This document shows positions 10,052-19,500 of a DNA stretch of 64,000 nt, piece by piece (position 1 is the first letter of the stretch; every line of letters starts with the position of its first letter). Under the pieces are notes generated by a model. It had not been told where the DNA came from, searched no databases, and worked only from the letters and a program-made list of their open reading frames with translations. Source of the stretch: a plasmid. A program made the translations under genes and the position numbers. Location: the sequence record NZ_CP033968.1, one strand, 5' to 3'.

Positions 10052-10197
10052 GATCGTGCAATGCGCATTGCACCACCCGCCTTGTTCGGCAGCGTTCCTG
10101 CGGGTCTTACTGGCCGAAGCACTGCGCAATACGTAATGCGCCCTGGGCAGTGCTCAATACCCAATGCGCAATGCTCACTGCGCATTGGGTACTCATC
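10052..10197. promoter_or_regulatory. Cluster of (A)ATGCGCA(TT) palindromes: TGCAATGCGCATTGCA (perfect 16-bp) and ACCCAATGCGCA-N8-TGCGCATTGGGT
   Basis: Seen directly; lies between iterons and the DUF736 gene; candidate operator sites. Confidence 0.3.
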
Positions 10198-10433
10198 TCT
10201 GAACGCGCCGCCGTTTTCACTGTGAAAAGTGGCGCTACCACGGTATGCCAGCCCCGGAACTGTAATCAGTGACGGGGGCCATCCAAAGACGAGCGATCGC
10301 ACGCAAGACATGCAACTCCCAAGGACTCCTGCGCTAGGCGGCCGATACACGCTGTTGTCAGCCATATCGGAGTACCAGGGCAACCCGCAAGCTTGCCTCG
10401 GACATCCAACCTCAGAGCTTCCAGGAGAACCTC

Positions 10434-10919
10434 ATGTCAATCGCATTGATCCTCAAAGCCGGCGAAGGCTCCATCTTCCCGAACCACGCAAAGACGTCCG
10501 ACAAGGACCCGCTGTTCCTCGGGTGGATGGAGTTTCCCCTCGACGAACAGAAGAAGAACTCGCTCCGGCTCGATGTCGCTGTTTGGCGGAAAAATAACAG
10601 CGGCAAAGATTTCTACTCGCTGTCCATCGGCGGCATTCCTGCAACCCTCTTCAAGGAAGAGAAGCAGGACAGGCCGGAGAGCTCCCCTGACTATGCCGGC
10701 AGCTTTGGCTTCGGCCGAGAGATGCGAATCGCCGGCTGGCGCAAGAAAACGAAGGAGGGCGACAACCCTTACATCAGCATCTCAGTAGTGGAGAAGAAAG
10801 CCGCTGCGAACAGTGAGCGCGCGCAAACGCCGGCAGCCGCCCAGGAGCAAAAGGCTCCCCCCAGGCAACCGGCCCCGTCACAGGAAGCAGCAGGACATCC
10901 GGGATTTGACTTCATCTAA
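10434..10919 (+). CDS. DUF736-family protein (plasmid/ICE backbone protein commonly near rep genes)
   Basis: 161 aa; good RBS (CAGGAGAACCTC ATG); pattern ...GWMEF... DFYSLSI ... WRKKTKEGDNPYISISV recalled as DUF736-like. Confidence 0.5.
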   Translation: MSIALILKAGEGSIFPNHAKTSDKDPLFLGWMEFPLDEQKKNSLRLDVAVWRKNNSGKDFYSLSIGGIPATLFKEEKQDRPESSPDYAGSFGFGREMRIAGWRKKTKEGDNPYISISVVEKKAAANSERAQTPAAAQEQKAPPRQPAPSQEAAGHPGFDFI

Positions 10920-10927
10920 CCGCAACA

Positions 10928-10965
10928 TGCCCCCACGAGAGATTTCGTGGGGCTTTTTTTTGCCC
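10928..10965 (+). terminator. Rho-independent terminator after DUF736 gene
   Basis: Hairpin CCCCACGAGAGATTTCGTGGGG followed by T8. Confidence 0.55.
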
Positions 10966-11050
10966 CTTTTCCACGGATCGGGCGAGGCGACACGTCCCTA
11001 TAATCGCGCGTTCACTATATGAGGGCGGGCCAGAGGTCCGAGAGCGGACA

Positions 11051-13648
11051 GTGGAGGAGAAGAGACCATCACAAGGTACGGGCGGCCGATCGGCTCGCCG
11101 CCTTGCCATTGCTGCAGGCGTTCTGTCGAGCCTCTTGCTTACGAGCATCTCCATCCACGAAGTGATTGACTTCAGGCGACGGGAATACGCTGAAGCACGA
11201 GAGAGCCTGGCGGTCTTCTCATCCGCACTGACTCGACAGGCGGCTGAGATCCTGAGGAGCCAGAAGACCGTTGTTCGACAGGTAGCTCGCACTTTGAATG
11301 GCGACAGCAACGCTCTCAGCATTCAAGAACGGTTTGCAATCGCAAGGGCAACAACCGAGAACACCTGCGTTGCCCGACTCTTCCTATACACCTTGACTGG
11401 TGCACTTGAGCTCGATACTTCAGGCTCTCCTGAGCCACAAGCTCCTCTAGCGCCGAGCAAAGACCTCCTGACTCAAGCAGTCAGCTATATCGTTGATGGA
11501 CCAGTTCCGGGCCTGCCGTACCAAATCTCAATCTCTGAAGGCCTACTTGGCGGCAACGGCCAATACCGTTGGCTCGCAACATCCTGGATTGACTTCGCCC
11601 CCTTCGCGCAGACAGTGGCCGCGATCACACGCGATACCGGTTACCAGGTCGCACTTGCCACTGAAGAGGGTCGCATCCTCTATCGCTTTCCAGAGTCCGC
11701 TCGCTTTGATTCGCAGGAGATTCGCCAAGGAGCGTTCGACGCATGGGGTAAAGCCGCGAGCCACGCTCCGATTCGCGAGCTTCCCGCCGGCGCAGCCGCT
11801 GAGAGCGTCATAACACGGATCGAGGGCGCACCGCTTGCCTTACAGATCGCATTGCCGACGCAGACTGTGAACACGGCCTGGCAGCGCCGCGCATCGTACC
11901 TCGCGGTACTTTCAACGGCCGGCATAGGCCTGATCTGGCTTCTCATTGCCACAATCCTCCGCCAGGTTAAGCAAACAGAACGTGTCGCCGAGTCCGCGGA
12001 ACGCGGCGAAGCAATGTTCGTCGACGTCTTGTCGCGGCTACGTGAGGCCGTCATTGCTACCGACACAAAGGGCACGATTCGCTTTGCGAACTCGAATGCC
12101 TTTATTGCTCTAGCTGCCACCTCAACCCATCAACTGATTGGCCAGCAGATTCAGACCTTGCTCCCTCCTGAGGTATGGAAGGGCTCGCCTTTAGGCGCGG
12201 GCGGAAATCCACGCCAAGAGGCATCCCACGAGTGGGCGGGCTGCTTGCCGACCCTTGCGGGCTCTTCGTTCCATGCCGAAGTCCGCATCTGTGGCAACGG
12301 CCTCCACGGAACCGATGGTCTCGTCATTACAATTCATGACGCCAGCGAGAGAAAGGCCTACGAGGCTCGAGTTGTTGAGGCGGCCACCATCGATCCGGTC
12401 ACGAACGTCTCAAACATGCACGCGTTTCGCGACAGACTCGATCGACTATTCCTGTCCGAGAGCGATCGCGACCAATTCCACGCCGTTTTGGCGGTGCAGC
12501 TCTCCGCTCCTCAAGGGGCACCGCTTGATGACTCGATTTGCGCACTGGCGGCAGATCGATTGACCACGAGCATTCGCGATTCCGACTCAGTCGCTTCGGA
12601 GGGCAGCGGTCGCTTCTTTGTACTGGCAAGAAATGTGTCCGAGCCGATTGACGTTGCGATCATTGCGCGTCGGATAGCTGCATGCTATGAAGCGCCGCTT
12701 ACGCCAGGCGGAGAGACGCTGCGGCTTCGCGCACGGACAGGCATCGCGCTGTTCCCCGTCGATGCGGAAACCAGTGACGCCTTGGTCGCTTCGGCTAAGA
12801 AGGCCGCGGCAACAGCAAACGCCGAGCATTTTGTCTATGCGAATGAAGCTTGTTCACGGCAACTCGAAAGTTTGCGCGAGCAAGCCGATGCCCTGAGAAC
12901 GTCGTTCGGCGCCGACAACTTGAAGCTGAACTACGCCCCGATGGTCTGTCTGAAGAGTAACGTCATCGTCGGCGCTATCGTAACGCCACTGGTCAGCAGC
13001 AATGGGCGGTACATCCCACTCGCTCGTCTGAGCGCCATACTTGAAGAGACGCGCATCTCTGCCCTGGCCGACGAGTGCGTGCTGAGATCGTTGCTCGCAG
13101 ATCTTCGCGCCTGCCAAGCTATTCCCGCCCCACGCTTGCTGATCGTGCCTGTCCACCGCGATAGCTTCACGAGGCCCGGATTTCTCAACACATTGCGAGA
13201 AGCGGTCGACGCTCTTCCGACGAAATGGGCGCTCGGCGTCAGCATTCTGGAACCCGTTGAATCAGAACACTGGACACAGGCCACGGTAGCGATCAGTGAT
13301 CTCGCGACGTTCGGCGTCCAGGTGTTCCTATCTGACTATGGCAACGGCTTAGCGTCATTGCCGCGCCTCATTACTTCCGGAGTACAAGGCGCAATCCTCG
13401 ACCGATCGCAAGCGCCGTTTATGGCTGGGCGGGACGATGCCTTCGCCTTCGTTACCGCCGCCACGGCCGTTGCGGCTAATCTCGGCATCAAGCTCGTGGC
13501 CACGGGCGTCAAGGACGCTGAAGTCGCTTCGATGCTAGCAAAAATGGGAGTGTCGTACGCCTGCGGTCCCCTTTATGGGACCAGCTACACGGCACCAGTC
13601 CTACCCGAACCTGCGATTCGAGAGTCACAAACGACGAATGCGCGTTAG
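11051..13648 (+). CDS. Membrane sensor protein with periplasmic domain, PAS and degenerate GGDEF-EAL domains (probably catalytically inactive c-di-GMP sensor/receptor)
   Basis: 865 aa; two TM segments; GGDEF position reads SGRFF; EAL position reads YAP, but the EAL fold signature motifs are retained (SDYGNGLASL, ILDRS). GTG start; start uncertain. Confidence 0.6.
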   Translation: MEEKRPSQGTGGRSARRLAIAAGVLSSLLLTSISIHEVIDFRRREYAEARESLAVFSSALTRQAAEILRSQKTVVRQVARTLNGDSNALSIQERFAIARATTENTCVARLFLYTLTGALELDTSGSPEPQAPLAPSKDLLTQAVSYIVDGPVPGLPYQISISEGLLGGNGQYRWLATSWIDFAPFAQTVAAITRDTGYQVALATEEGRILYRFPESARFDSQEIRQGAFDAWGKAASHAPIRELPAGAAAESVITRIEGAPLALQIALPTQTVNTAWQRRASYLAVLSTAGIGLIWLLIATILRQVKQTERVAESAERGEAMFVDVLSRLREAVIATDTKGTIRFANSNAFIALAATSTHQLIGQQIQTLLPPEVWKGSPLGAGGNPRQEASHEWAGCLPTLAGSSFHAEVRICGNGLHGTDGLVITIHDASERKAYEARVVEAATIDPVTNVSNMHAFRDRLDRLFLSESDRDQFHAVLAVQLSAPQGAPLDDSICALAADRLTTSIRDSDSVASEGSGRFFVLARNVSEPIDVAIIARRIAACYEAPLTPGGETLRLRARTGIALFPVDAETSDALVASAKKAAATANAEHFVYANEACSRQLESLREQADALRTSFGADNLKLNYAPMVCLKSNVIVGAIVTPLVSSNGRYIPLARLSAILEETRISALADECVLRSLLADLRACQAIPAPRLLIVPVHRDSFTRPGFLNTLREAVDALPTKWALGVSILEPVESEHWTQATVAISDLATFGVQVFLSDYGNGLASLPRLITSGVQGAILDRSQAPFMAGRDDAFAFVTAATAVAANLGIKLVATGVKDAEVASMLAKMGVSYACGPLYGTSYTAPVLPEPAIRESQTTNAR

Positions 13649-13701
13649 AATTCATAACACGTACTTGTAATAACGTTCGCAAACTTTCACCTCGAATCGA
13701 C

Positions 13702-16368
13702 ATGCCCAGTGTTTCCATGACAGAACGACACGGTCGAAGCAAAAAGGCCACCACGCGGGTCTTCTTGCCGCTCGTCTATGTTGGCGCCGTCATCGGCACA
13801 CTAGTGACTGGCCTCGTAGCGTACGAGATCAACGACAGTCGAACGCAGGCGCTGAATGATGCGTCCAGGGATCTAACTGTCCTTTCGTCTGCTTCTGCAG
13901 CACAGCTAAAGAGCTATCTGGACTCGATAGGTGAAGTGCTATCGGCGGCGGGCTTGGCGAGTCAATCACTGCTGACGGCGGGCCCTGGAGGCGCGGACAA
14001 CGCGCTCAGTCAAGTTCGTGCAGCCGCAGTCGGCACCGCAATCGAAGGTATCGTGGTTGTTGGGAAGGCCGGCGTCCCTGTGCTGCATACGTACGACGAT
14101 CCGGTTCCGGCCTCATTTCTGCCAGGTCAACTCGCCGTGCAGAAGCTTGAGTATCAGCGCACTGCGGGCACAGAGATCGTTGGCCCGATACTGTCAGACT
14201 CGGGCGACCGGGTTAAGGTGTATGCGGTAAAGCGAATCAACGACCAAACAGGCGCGTTTCTCGGGGCTGTACTGACACCCCTTGATATTTCCTCGATCGC
14301 ACTTGTTGGCAAGGAGGCTCTTCGCAAAGATGGTGTGACCGTCGCGGTGCTGGGAGCCGAGAGGGGAAACCTAGTTGCGCGCCTACCAGATCCCGGCGTC
14401 CTCCGTTACTTGAAACAGTACACGGAGACGGAGATCAGTCCGCAGATGGCGGGCAAGCAGTCGGGGGTGGCAGTTGGCGCGAGCGCTGTTGACGGCGTCC
14501 GACGGCTGATGGCATTCGAGCGTGTCAAGGACTACCCACTTTTGGTCGTTACCTCGATGGACGAGCAAGTCGTCAATAGCGAATGGCACGCTGATGCGAA
14601 GCGAATCATAGGTATCGGTTACGCTTCACTAAGCGTGATTGCACTACTCCTGGTTGTAATGCATCGCCAGCTGAGACAGCTCATGCACCGGACAGAAGCG
14701 ATAACCGAAAGTGAGCAGCGCTTCGACCGCGTTGTGCAGCGTCTTACCGATGGCCTCTATGTACGCGACAAGGCAGGGAAGCTTCTCGTGGCCAATCGGC
14801 AGTTCGCGACGTTCTTCGGCGCGTCTGACGAAAGGGCGCTGGTCGGTGCCGACCTGGCGACAATCAACCCCCAAGCTACTTCAAAGTCCATCGCACGCCT
14901 CAATGATCAGGTGTTCTCGTCGCGTGGGAAACCCTACATCCTTGAGTTGGAGACGGAAAGCCATGATGGACGAATGGTGCCGATGGAGTACACGCTGAGT
15001 GCCGTAGAGATTGGTGGCGTCGACTACATACTTGGCCAGATGCGCGACATCACTGCACGGCGCCAGTACGAGAGCCGACTGGTAAAGCAAGCGACGTTTG
15101 ACGAGATCACCGGTTTGCCGAATCGCCGGCTGTACATGGATCGACTCTCGAATGCCCTGCACCGTGCGAAGCGCGATGGTCGGAACGTGGCCGTAATGTT
15201 CGTTGACCTCGACCATTTCAAGAGAGTGAACGACACGCTGGGCCACCGCACCGGCGACCAGCTCCTCGTTGCCGCGGCCGAGCGGCTTACGTCCCTTGTG
15301 CGCGATGGCGATACGATTGCCCGCTTCGGGGGCGATGAGTTCGTTGTTTTGCTTGCAGAGGTCACCTCACCGCTGGAATGTCGTTTGCTCGCTGAGCGCA
15401 TCGTCGAGGAGTTCCGGACGCCGTTCGAGCTGGCAGGCCGGCGGGTCTCTGTGACAGCGTCGGTTGGTGTAGCCGTAGCTCCGGGGGATGGAGCCGAGCC
15501 AGATCTGCTGCTGCAGCACGCTGATACCGCAATGTACGAGGCGAAATCTGGCGGCAGGAGCGGTTTCCGGTTCTTCAACAATGAGATGAACGTACGCGTT
15601 CACGAGATGCTGCAGATTGACGGTGAAATTCGATTCGCACTGGAGCGCAATGAGATGCGCGTCTTGTACCAGCCGATCGTTGATCCTATTGCCCGCAAAG
15701 TTGTTAAGGCAGAGGCTCTTGCGCGATGGGAGTCCACGCGTCTCGGGTCCGTGTCTCCCGACAAATTCATTCCTGCGGCCGAAGAGAACGGCACGATCGC
15801 GCAAATCGGTGATTGGGTCTTGTCCGAGGCTTGCAGGACTGCCGCCTTATGGGCCAGGGACTTGCCTGAGCCGATCGCCGTCAGCGTGAACGTCAGCGCA
15901 AAGCAGTTCAACGATCCGAGATTTGTCGACAGCGTCTTCTCGGCACTTGATGAATCCGGGCTTCCAGCTCACCTGTTGGAGTTGGAGCTCACGGAACGTA
16001 TTCTGATCTCAGACGATGAGACCGCATTCGAAACGATCGCTGCGCTGCGAGAGATGGGTGTCGGCCTGTCGCTGGACGATTTTGGCACTGGCTACTCGTC
16101 ACTGAGTTACTTGACCAGATTCCCTCTGAACACTATCAAGATCGATCGAGCGTTCGTCAGTGGCCTGGCGGAAGATTCGCAGACTCAGAACCTGACAAAG
16201 GCGATCATCGCTCTGGCAAAGAGCCTGGACCTTCAGCTAGTTGCCGAGGGCGTCGAGACGGCCGACCAAGCAAGAGTTCTGATCGCCTACGGGTGTGATC
16301 TCCAGCAAGGTTATCTCTATGGGCGACCGGCAGAGCCGTCGGCAATCCTGAATCCGAGTTGGGGGTAA
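13702..16368 (+). CDS. Sensor diguanylate cyclase/phosphodiesterase (Cache-like periplasmic domain-TM-PAS-GGDEF-EAL)
   Basis: 888 aa; canonical RFGGDEFVVLL, EALARW, DDFGTGYSSLSYL and QGYLYGRP motifs. Confidence 0.8.
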   Translation: MPSVSMTERHGRSKKATTRVFLPLVYVGAVIGTLVTGLVAYEINDSRTQALNDASRDLTVLSSASAAQLKSYLDSIGEVLSAAGLASQSLLTAGPGGADNALSQVRAAAVGTAIEGIVVVGKAGVPVLHTYDDPVPASFLPGQLAVQKLEYQRTAGTEIVGPILSDSGDRVKVYAVKRINDQTGAFLGAVLTPLDISSIALVGKEALRKDGVTVAVLGAERGNLVARLPDPGVLRYLKQYTETEISPQMAGKQSGVAVGASAVDGVRRLMAFERVKDYPLLVVTSMDEQVVNSEWHADAKRIIGIGYASLSVIALLLVVMHRQLRQLMHRTEAITESEQRFDRVVQRLTDGLYVRDKAGKLLVANRQFATFFGASDERALVGADLATINPQATSKSIARLNDQVFSSRGKPYILELETESHDGRMVPMEYTLSAVEIGGVDYILGQMRDITARRQYESRLVKQATFDEITGLPNRRLYMDRLSNALHRAKRDGRNVAVMFVDLDHFKRVNDTLGHRTGDQLLVAAAERLTSLVRDGDTIARFGGDEFVVLLAEVTSPLECRLLAERIVEEFRTPFELAGRRVSVTASVGVAVAPGDGAEPDLLLQHADTAMYEAKSGGRSGFRFFNNEMNVRVHEMLQIDGEIRFALERNEMRVLYQPIVDPIARKVVKAEALARWESTRLGSVSPDKFIPAAEENGTIAQIGDWVLSEACRTAALWARDLPEPIAVSVNVSAKQFNDPRFVDSVFSALDESGLPAHLLELELTERILISDDETAFETIAALREMGVGLSLDDFGTGYSSLSYLTRFPLNTIKIDRAFVSGLAEDSQTQNLTKAIIALAKSLDLQLVAEGVETADQARVLIAYGCDLQQGYLYGRPAEPSAILNPSWG

Positions 16369-16408
16369 GTTACGAAGATTGCATATCGTCGAAGCAGCCC
16401 GTGGTGTC

Positions 16409-17524
16409 CTATCGCAGTCCTCGCGCGGCACCTGTAGTGCCTGCTGCCACGCCGTGCCGGCCGTTGGAGTCGGTATCGGCCACTCGGCAAAACATCTCCC
16501 CCTGCGTTCTCACAAGCATGAGGAGTGACTCAGGGGTCAAGAATGGGTCATTCCGTAGCATCTGCCGCATGAGCAAAGTGCTGAGCGCGTAGGTGTCCCC
16601 GGCCATAATTGGCACCCCTCGTACTGCCTTGCCCTTGCAGTTGACCGACAAGAAGACCTTAGGGCCCTGATTCTCCAGGGTGAACCACTTCTCGTTTGCG
16701 GTACCGTGCCCCTTGCCCTCAAACTTCGGCACCCATTGCATGAGCGTTGCCAGGACAAGCGGCAATTCTCGCTGCGACAGCTGAATCGATACCTTGTCCG
16801 TCCAGTTGTATTGCCGAGAATTACCACTGGTTTGAGCCACCTCGATACGAACAGTTGCTTGGCCGGCGCGGGATACGTCAGTGGAGAAGCATGCCGCGGC
16901 ACTTCCGCCATATACGTGCTGGCTGATGATCTCTTTGCCTTGGCCAGACTGCCTTGCCGGTTCTTCCACCCCCGGCTCCTCGGACAGAGAGAGAGAGCTC
17001 ATCGGCGGGGGATTGCTCTCGCTCCTGCTCGGTTCCATCGGCCGCCCAGCCGGGATAGCCTCAGCGCCGGTGCCGGAGGGTCGAGTAGGGCTAGACTCCT
17101 GGCAGCGCCGACGAAAACCTGAGCGCTCCAGCTCGAGAAACTCGGCCATGGTCAGCCTGACATAGCGGGCGTCATCCCCCTCATTGCCGGTCTCATCCCA
17201 TCTCTTGAGTCGAGCCGCAAACTGGGGCCCTTCGTGCTTGCCGATCTCGATCAACACGCGCAGGGAAGGGATGCGGACATTCAGTCGCTGTAGACGTTGC
17301 TTCAGCTTCGGCGTAATCGAGAAGAAGATGCCCTGAAGGAATTTGAGTGCTTGCTCATTGCCTTGCTTTACATCTGCAACGGCTTGCGTAATGCGGTCTC
17401 CCTCGATGTCGTAGACGGACATGAGCATGCGGACATCGGGCGCAGGGATCTTGAGCTGCTGCAGGTCCGCACATAACGCCGCGGTATCCAAGGTCATGCT
17501 TGTTTCTCCGTCGAGTCGCTTCAT
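16409..17524 (-). CDS. hypothetical two-domain protein (N-terminal helical domain, Pro/Ser-rich linker, C-terminal domain)
   Basis: 371-aa ORF convergent with the GGDEF-EAL gene; no family recognised. Confidence 0.45.
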   Translation of the reverse strand: MKRLDGETSMTLDTAALCADLQQLKIPAPDVRMLMSVYDIEGDRITQAVADVKQGNEQALKFLQGIFFSITPKLKQRLQRLNVRIPSLRVLIEIGKHEGPQFAARLKRWDETGNEGDDARYVRLTMAEFLELERSGFRRRCQESSPTRPSGTGAEAIPAGRPMEPSRSESNPPPMSSLSLSEEPGVEEPARQSGQGKEIISQHVYGGSAAACFSTDVSRAGQATVRIEVAQTSGNSRQYNWTDKVSIQLSQRELPLVLATLMQWVPKFEGKGHGTANEKWFTLENQGPKVFLSVNCKGKAVRGVPIMAGDTYALSTLLMRQMLRNDPFLTPESLLMLVRTQGEMFCRVADTDSNGRHGVAAGTTGAARGLR

Positions 17525-17944
17525 ACAGTGACTTGACTATAGCAAACAAACAGACAGATTATCAATACGTGTTATTCCAATGACTTCGATATGGTCATTG
17601 GGCGAGGCGTTGAAAGTTCTCACAGTACCCACCAACTCTTCTCAGAGTTGGTGCTGACTGTTGTGACCCCTCATCGATGTGCAGAGTGCCGTTCCCGGGG
17701 CATTCGTGAACCTTCCGGCGGAGAAACAGCCGTTGAGCGAGGCGGGGCAGCGCTCGAAGGGCTGGTGGTCTCAGGCCCAGATAGTCTGCCCGCATGTCCC
17801 AAATTTGGAGGTTCCTTTGACACCACAGTCACAAAGTTGCATGGAACTTTGAGAACTCCTGTGCGAGTTCGTGTGAGTCATGTCAGCAGCTGAAAGCGGG
17901 GGACGCAACTGCTTTGGGTGTGCGTCGAAAGCGCGACCGATTGG

Positions 17945-18610
17945 CTACCAGATCTCGACTTCTAGCGCGGCATTGAGCTCATGCTCAATATCTATGCGGG
18001 TGCCGTGCAGCAGAAAATCCTCGTACTTCAGCAGGCCGAGGCCACCCATCACCATTGGGGTACCCACCTCCATCGCAGAGGCCATCAACTTGATCTCCTC
18101 GATGTCGCTCAGTTCGGGAGTTGCCACACCGTTCTTCCAGGCCAGGAGCTTGCGATAGCTTACGGCAACTTTGGTGCACGCTTCGGCAAGCGTCTTTGAC
18201 CAAGTGGCCGCAATAAACTCGCCAACGATGAACTCGGGCGACCCGAAAACATCAGCACTGACCACCGAGTGGAGGTAGAGGGCCGCCTCATTCGCTCGTG
18301 TGACATCAGCCGTGCTTGGGCCTGCAAACAGGCCTGATCCCGAGATCAGCGAGTAGTCTTCCCATTTGAAAACGTCGGCGAGGAGAAATACTCTGAAGCC
18401 AGAACAGTCCAGAAACGAACTGATTGCGTCTATTCTCCTTCGCGTCAGAACGTCATAGAGATCATGGGGCTTGGTATGCGTGGGCTCATCGAAACAACTC
18501 ATGAGGAGGTCGGCACCCACGCCACATGAGTGAGCCGCGGCATCGAAGTCGATGCCGAGAGCTTGGGATTGATCGATGATTGCCTGGTAAAGGCGAAGTC
18601 CTGTTTGCAC
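17945..18610 (-). CDS. hypothetical protein
   Basis: 221 aa, 14 nt downstream of the HDOD gene on the same strand. Confidence 0.45.
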   Translation of the reverse strand: MQTGLRLYQAIIDQSQALGIDFDAAAHSCGVGADLLMSCFDEPTHTKPHDLYDVLTRRRIDAISSFLDCSGFRVFLLADVFKWEDYSLISGSGLFAGPSTADVTRANEAALYLHSVVSADVFGSPEFIVGEFIAATWSKTLAEACTKVAVSYRKLLAWKNGVATPELSDIEEIKLMASAMEVGTPMVMGGLGLLKYEDFLLHGTRIDIEHELNAALEVEIW

Positions 18611-18623
18611 GGGAAACGGTCTC

Positions 18624-19445
18624 TCAGCTCGAAATCACGATCGCATCAACTGCATCTCGCACGGGGCCACGAAGACGTTCCAGCCGCTCTTGCGAGAGGC
18701 CCAGCGCCGATGCCAGTTTGCTGTCAAGCGATGCCATGATCAGTTCTTCCCTTACTCCTGACAGGGTGTACCACGAGTACTCGGAAGACGCACGCAATAT
18801 CTTACCGAGGATTGCTGCGCGGTCAGGCTCGGGGAAGTCCGCGATTGCAGTCCTAACGCTTTGCGGGAATCGCCAGCGGAGCAAGAGTTCCGCAGTGACA
18901 TCGTTGTGGGAAAATCCAAGGATTTCTCGCTCCACGCTTACGCGTTTGGCCAGATCCAGAGGGTGCACCAGAGTGCCAATCTGTTTGGCTTCCGCTGGGA
19001 GTCTCAGCTGGATAAGTAGGACGCCGAGCCCTTGCATGAGCCCGGCGGTGAAGGCCTCTTCGGCGTCCACGCCAAGGGTGCCAGCAATCTCTGCCCCCAT
19101 GTACGCACTGGTGAGGCCGTGCCGCCAGTAGTTGCCCATGCTTATCCCAGCCACCTGTGGGAAGGCACTCATAACCCCAGACGTGATCACCGTGGTGCGG
19201 AGTGTTTGCAGGCCAACCAGATTCACTGCACGTTCCACGCTGGCGATTCGGCCGCTTTCTCCGTAAAAGCTGGAGTTCGCGACACGGATGACCTTTGCGG
19301 CAATGGTTTGATCCCGCCGAACGAGATCGATGATATCGGACAGGTCAGTTTTCTCGTACCGCGTCATTTCGACAAGGTCGTACACCACCTGCGGAATCGT
19401 TGGCAGCTTGACGGTTTGATCAAAGACCTTGTTGAGGGGCATCAT
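18624..19445 (-). CDS. HDOD-domain signalling protein
   Basis: LPTIPQVVYDLVEM...DLSDIIDLVRRDQTIAAKVIRVANSSFYG...VERAVNLVGLQTLRTTV matches the HDOD domain; internal ATG (M67 of the longer ORF) chosen as start. Confidence 0.6.
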   Translation of the reverse strand: MMPLNKVFDQTVKLPTIPQVVYDLVEMTRYEKTDLSDIIDLVRRDQTIAAKVIRVANSSFYGESGRIASVERAVNLVGLQTLRTTVITSGVMSAFPQVAGISMGNYWRHGLTSAYMGAEIAGTLGVDAEEAFTAGLMQGLGVLLIQLRLPAEAKQIGTLVHPLDLAKRVSVEREILGFSHNDVTAELLLRWRFPQSVRTAIADFPEPDRAAILGKILRASSEYSWYTLSGVREELIMASLDSKLASALGLSQERLERLRGPVRDAVDAIVISS

Positions 19446-19500
19446 AAAACTCCAGCAGGGCGGCGAGGTGGGGGCGTGATTTCCGGGGTTTGAGGGTCCG

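Noticed and set aside
8914-10383. ORFs across the iteron field (8914..9381, 9416..9733, 9765..10383) and a CRISPR-like appearance of the 39-40 bp periodic repeats
   Set aside because: Repeats are 22-bp iterons with variable internal bases and irregular spacing, adjacent to repA and a DnaA box, with no cas genes. The ORF translations are repeat-derived junk.
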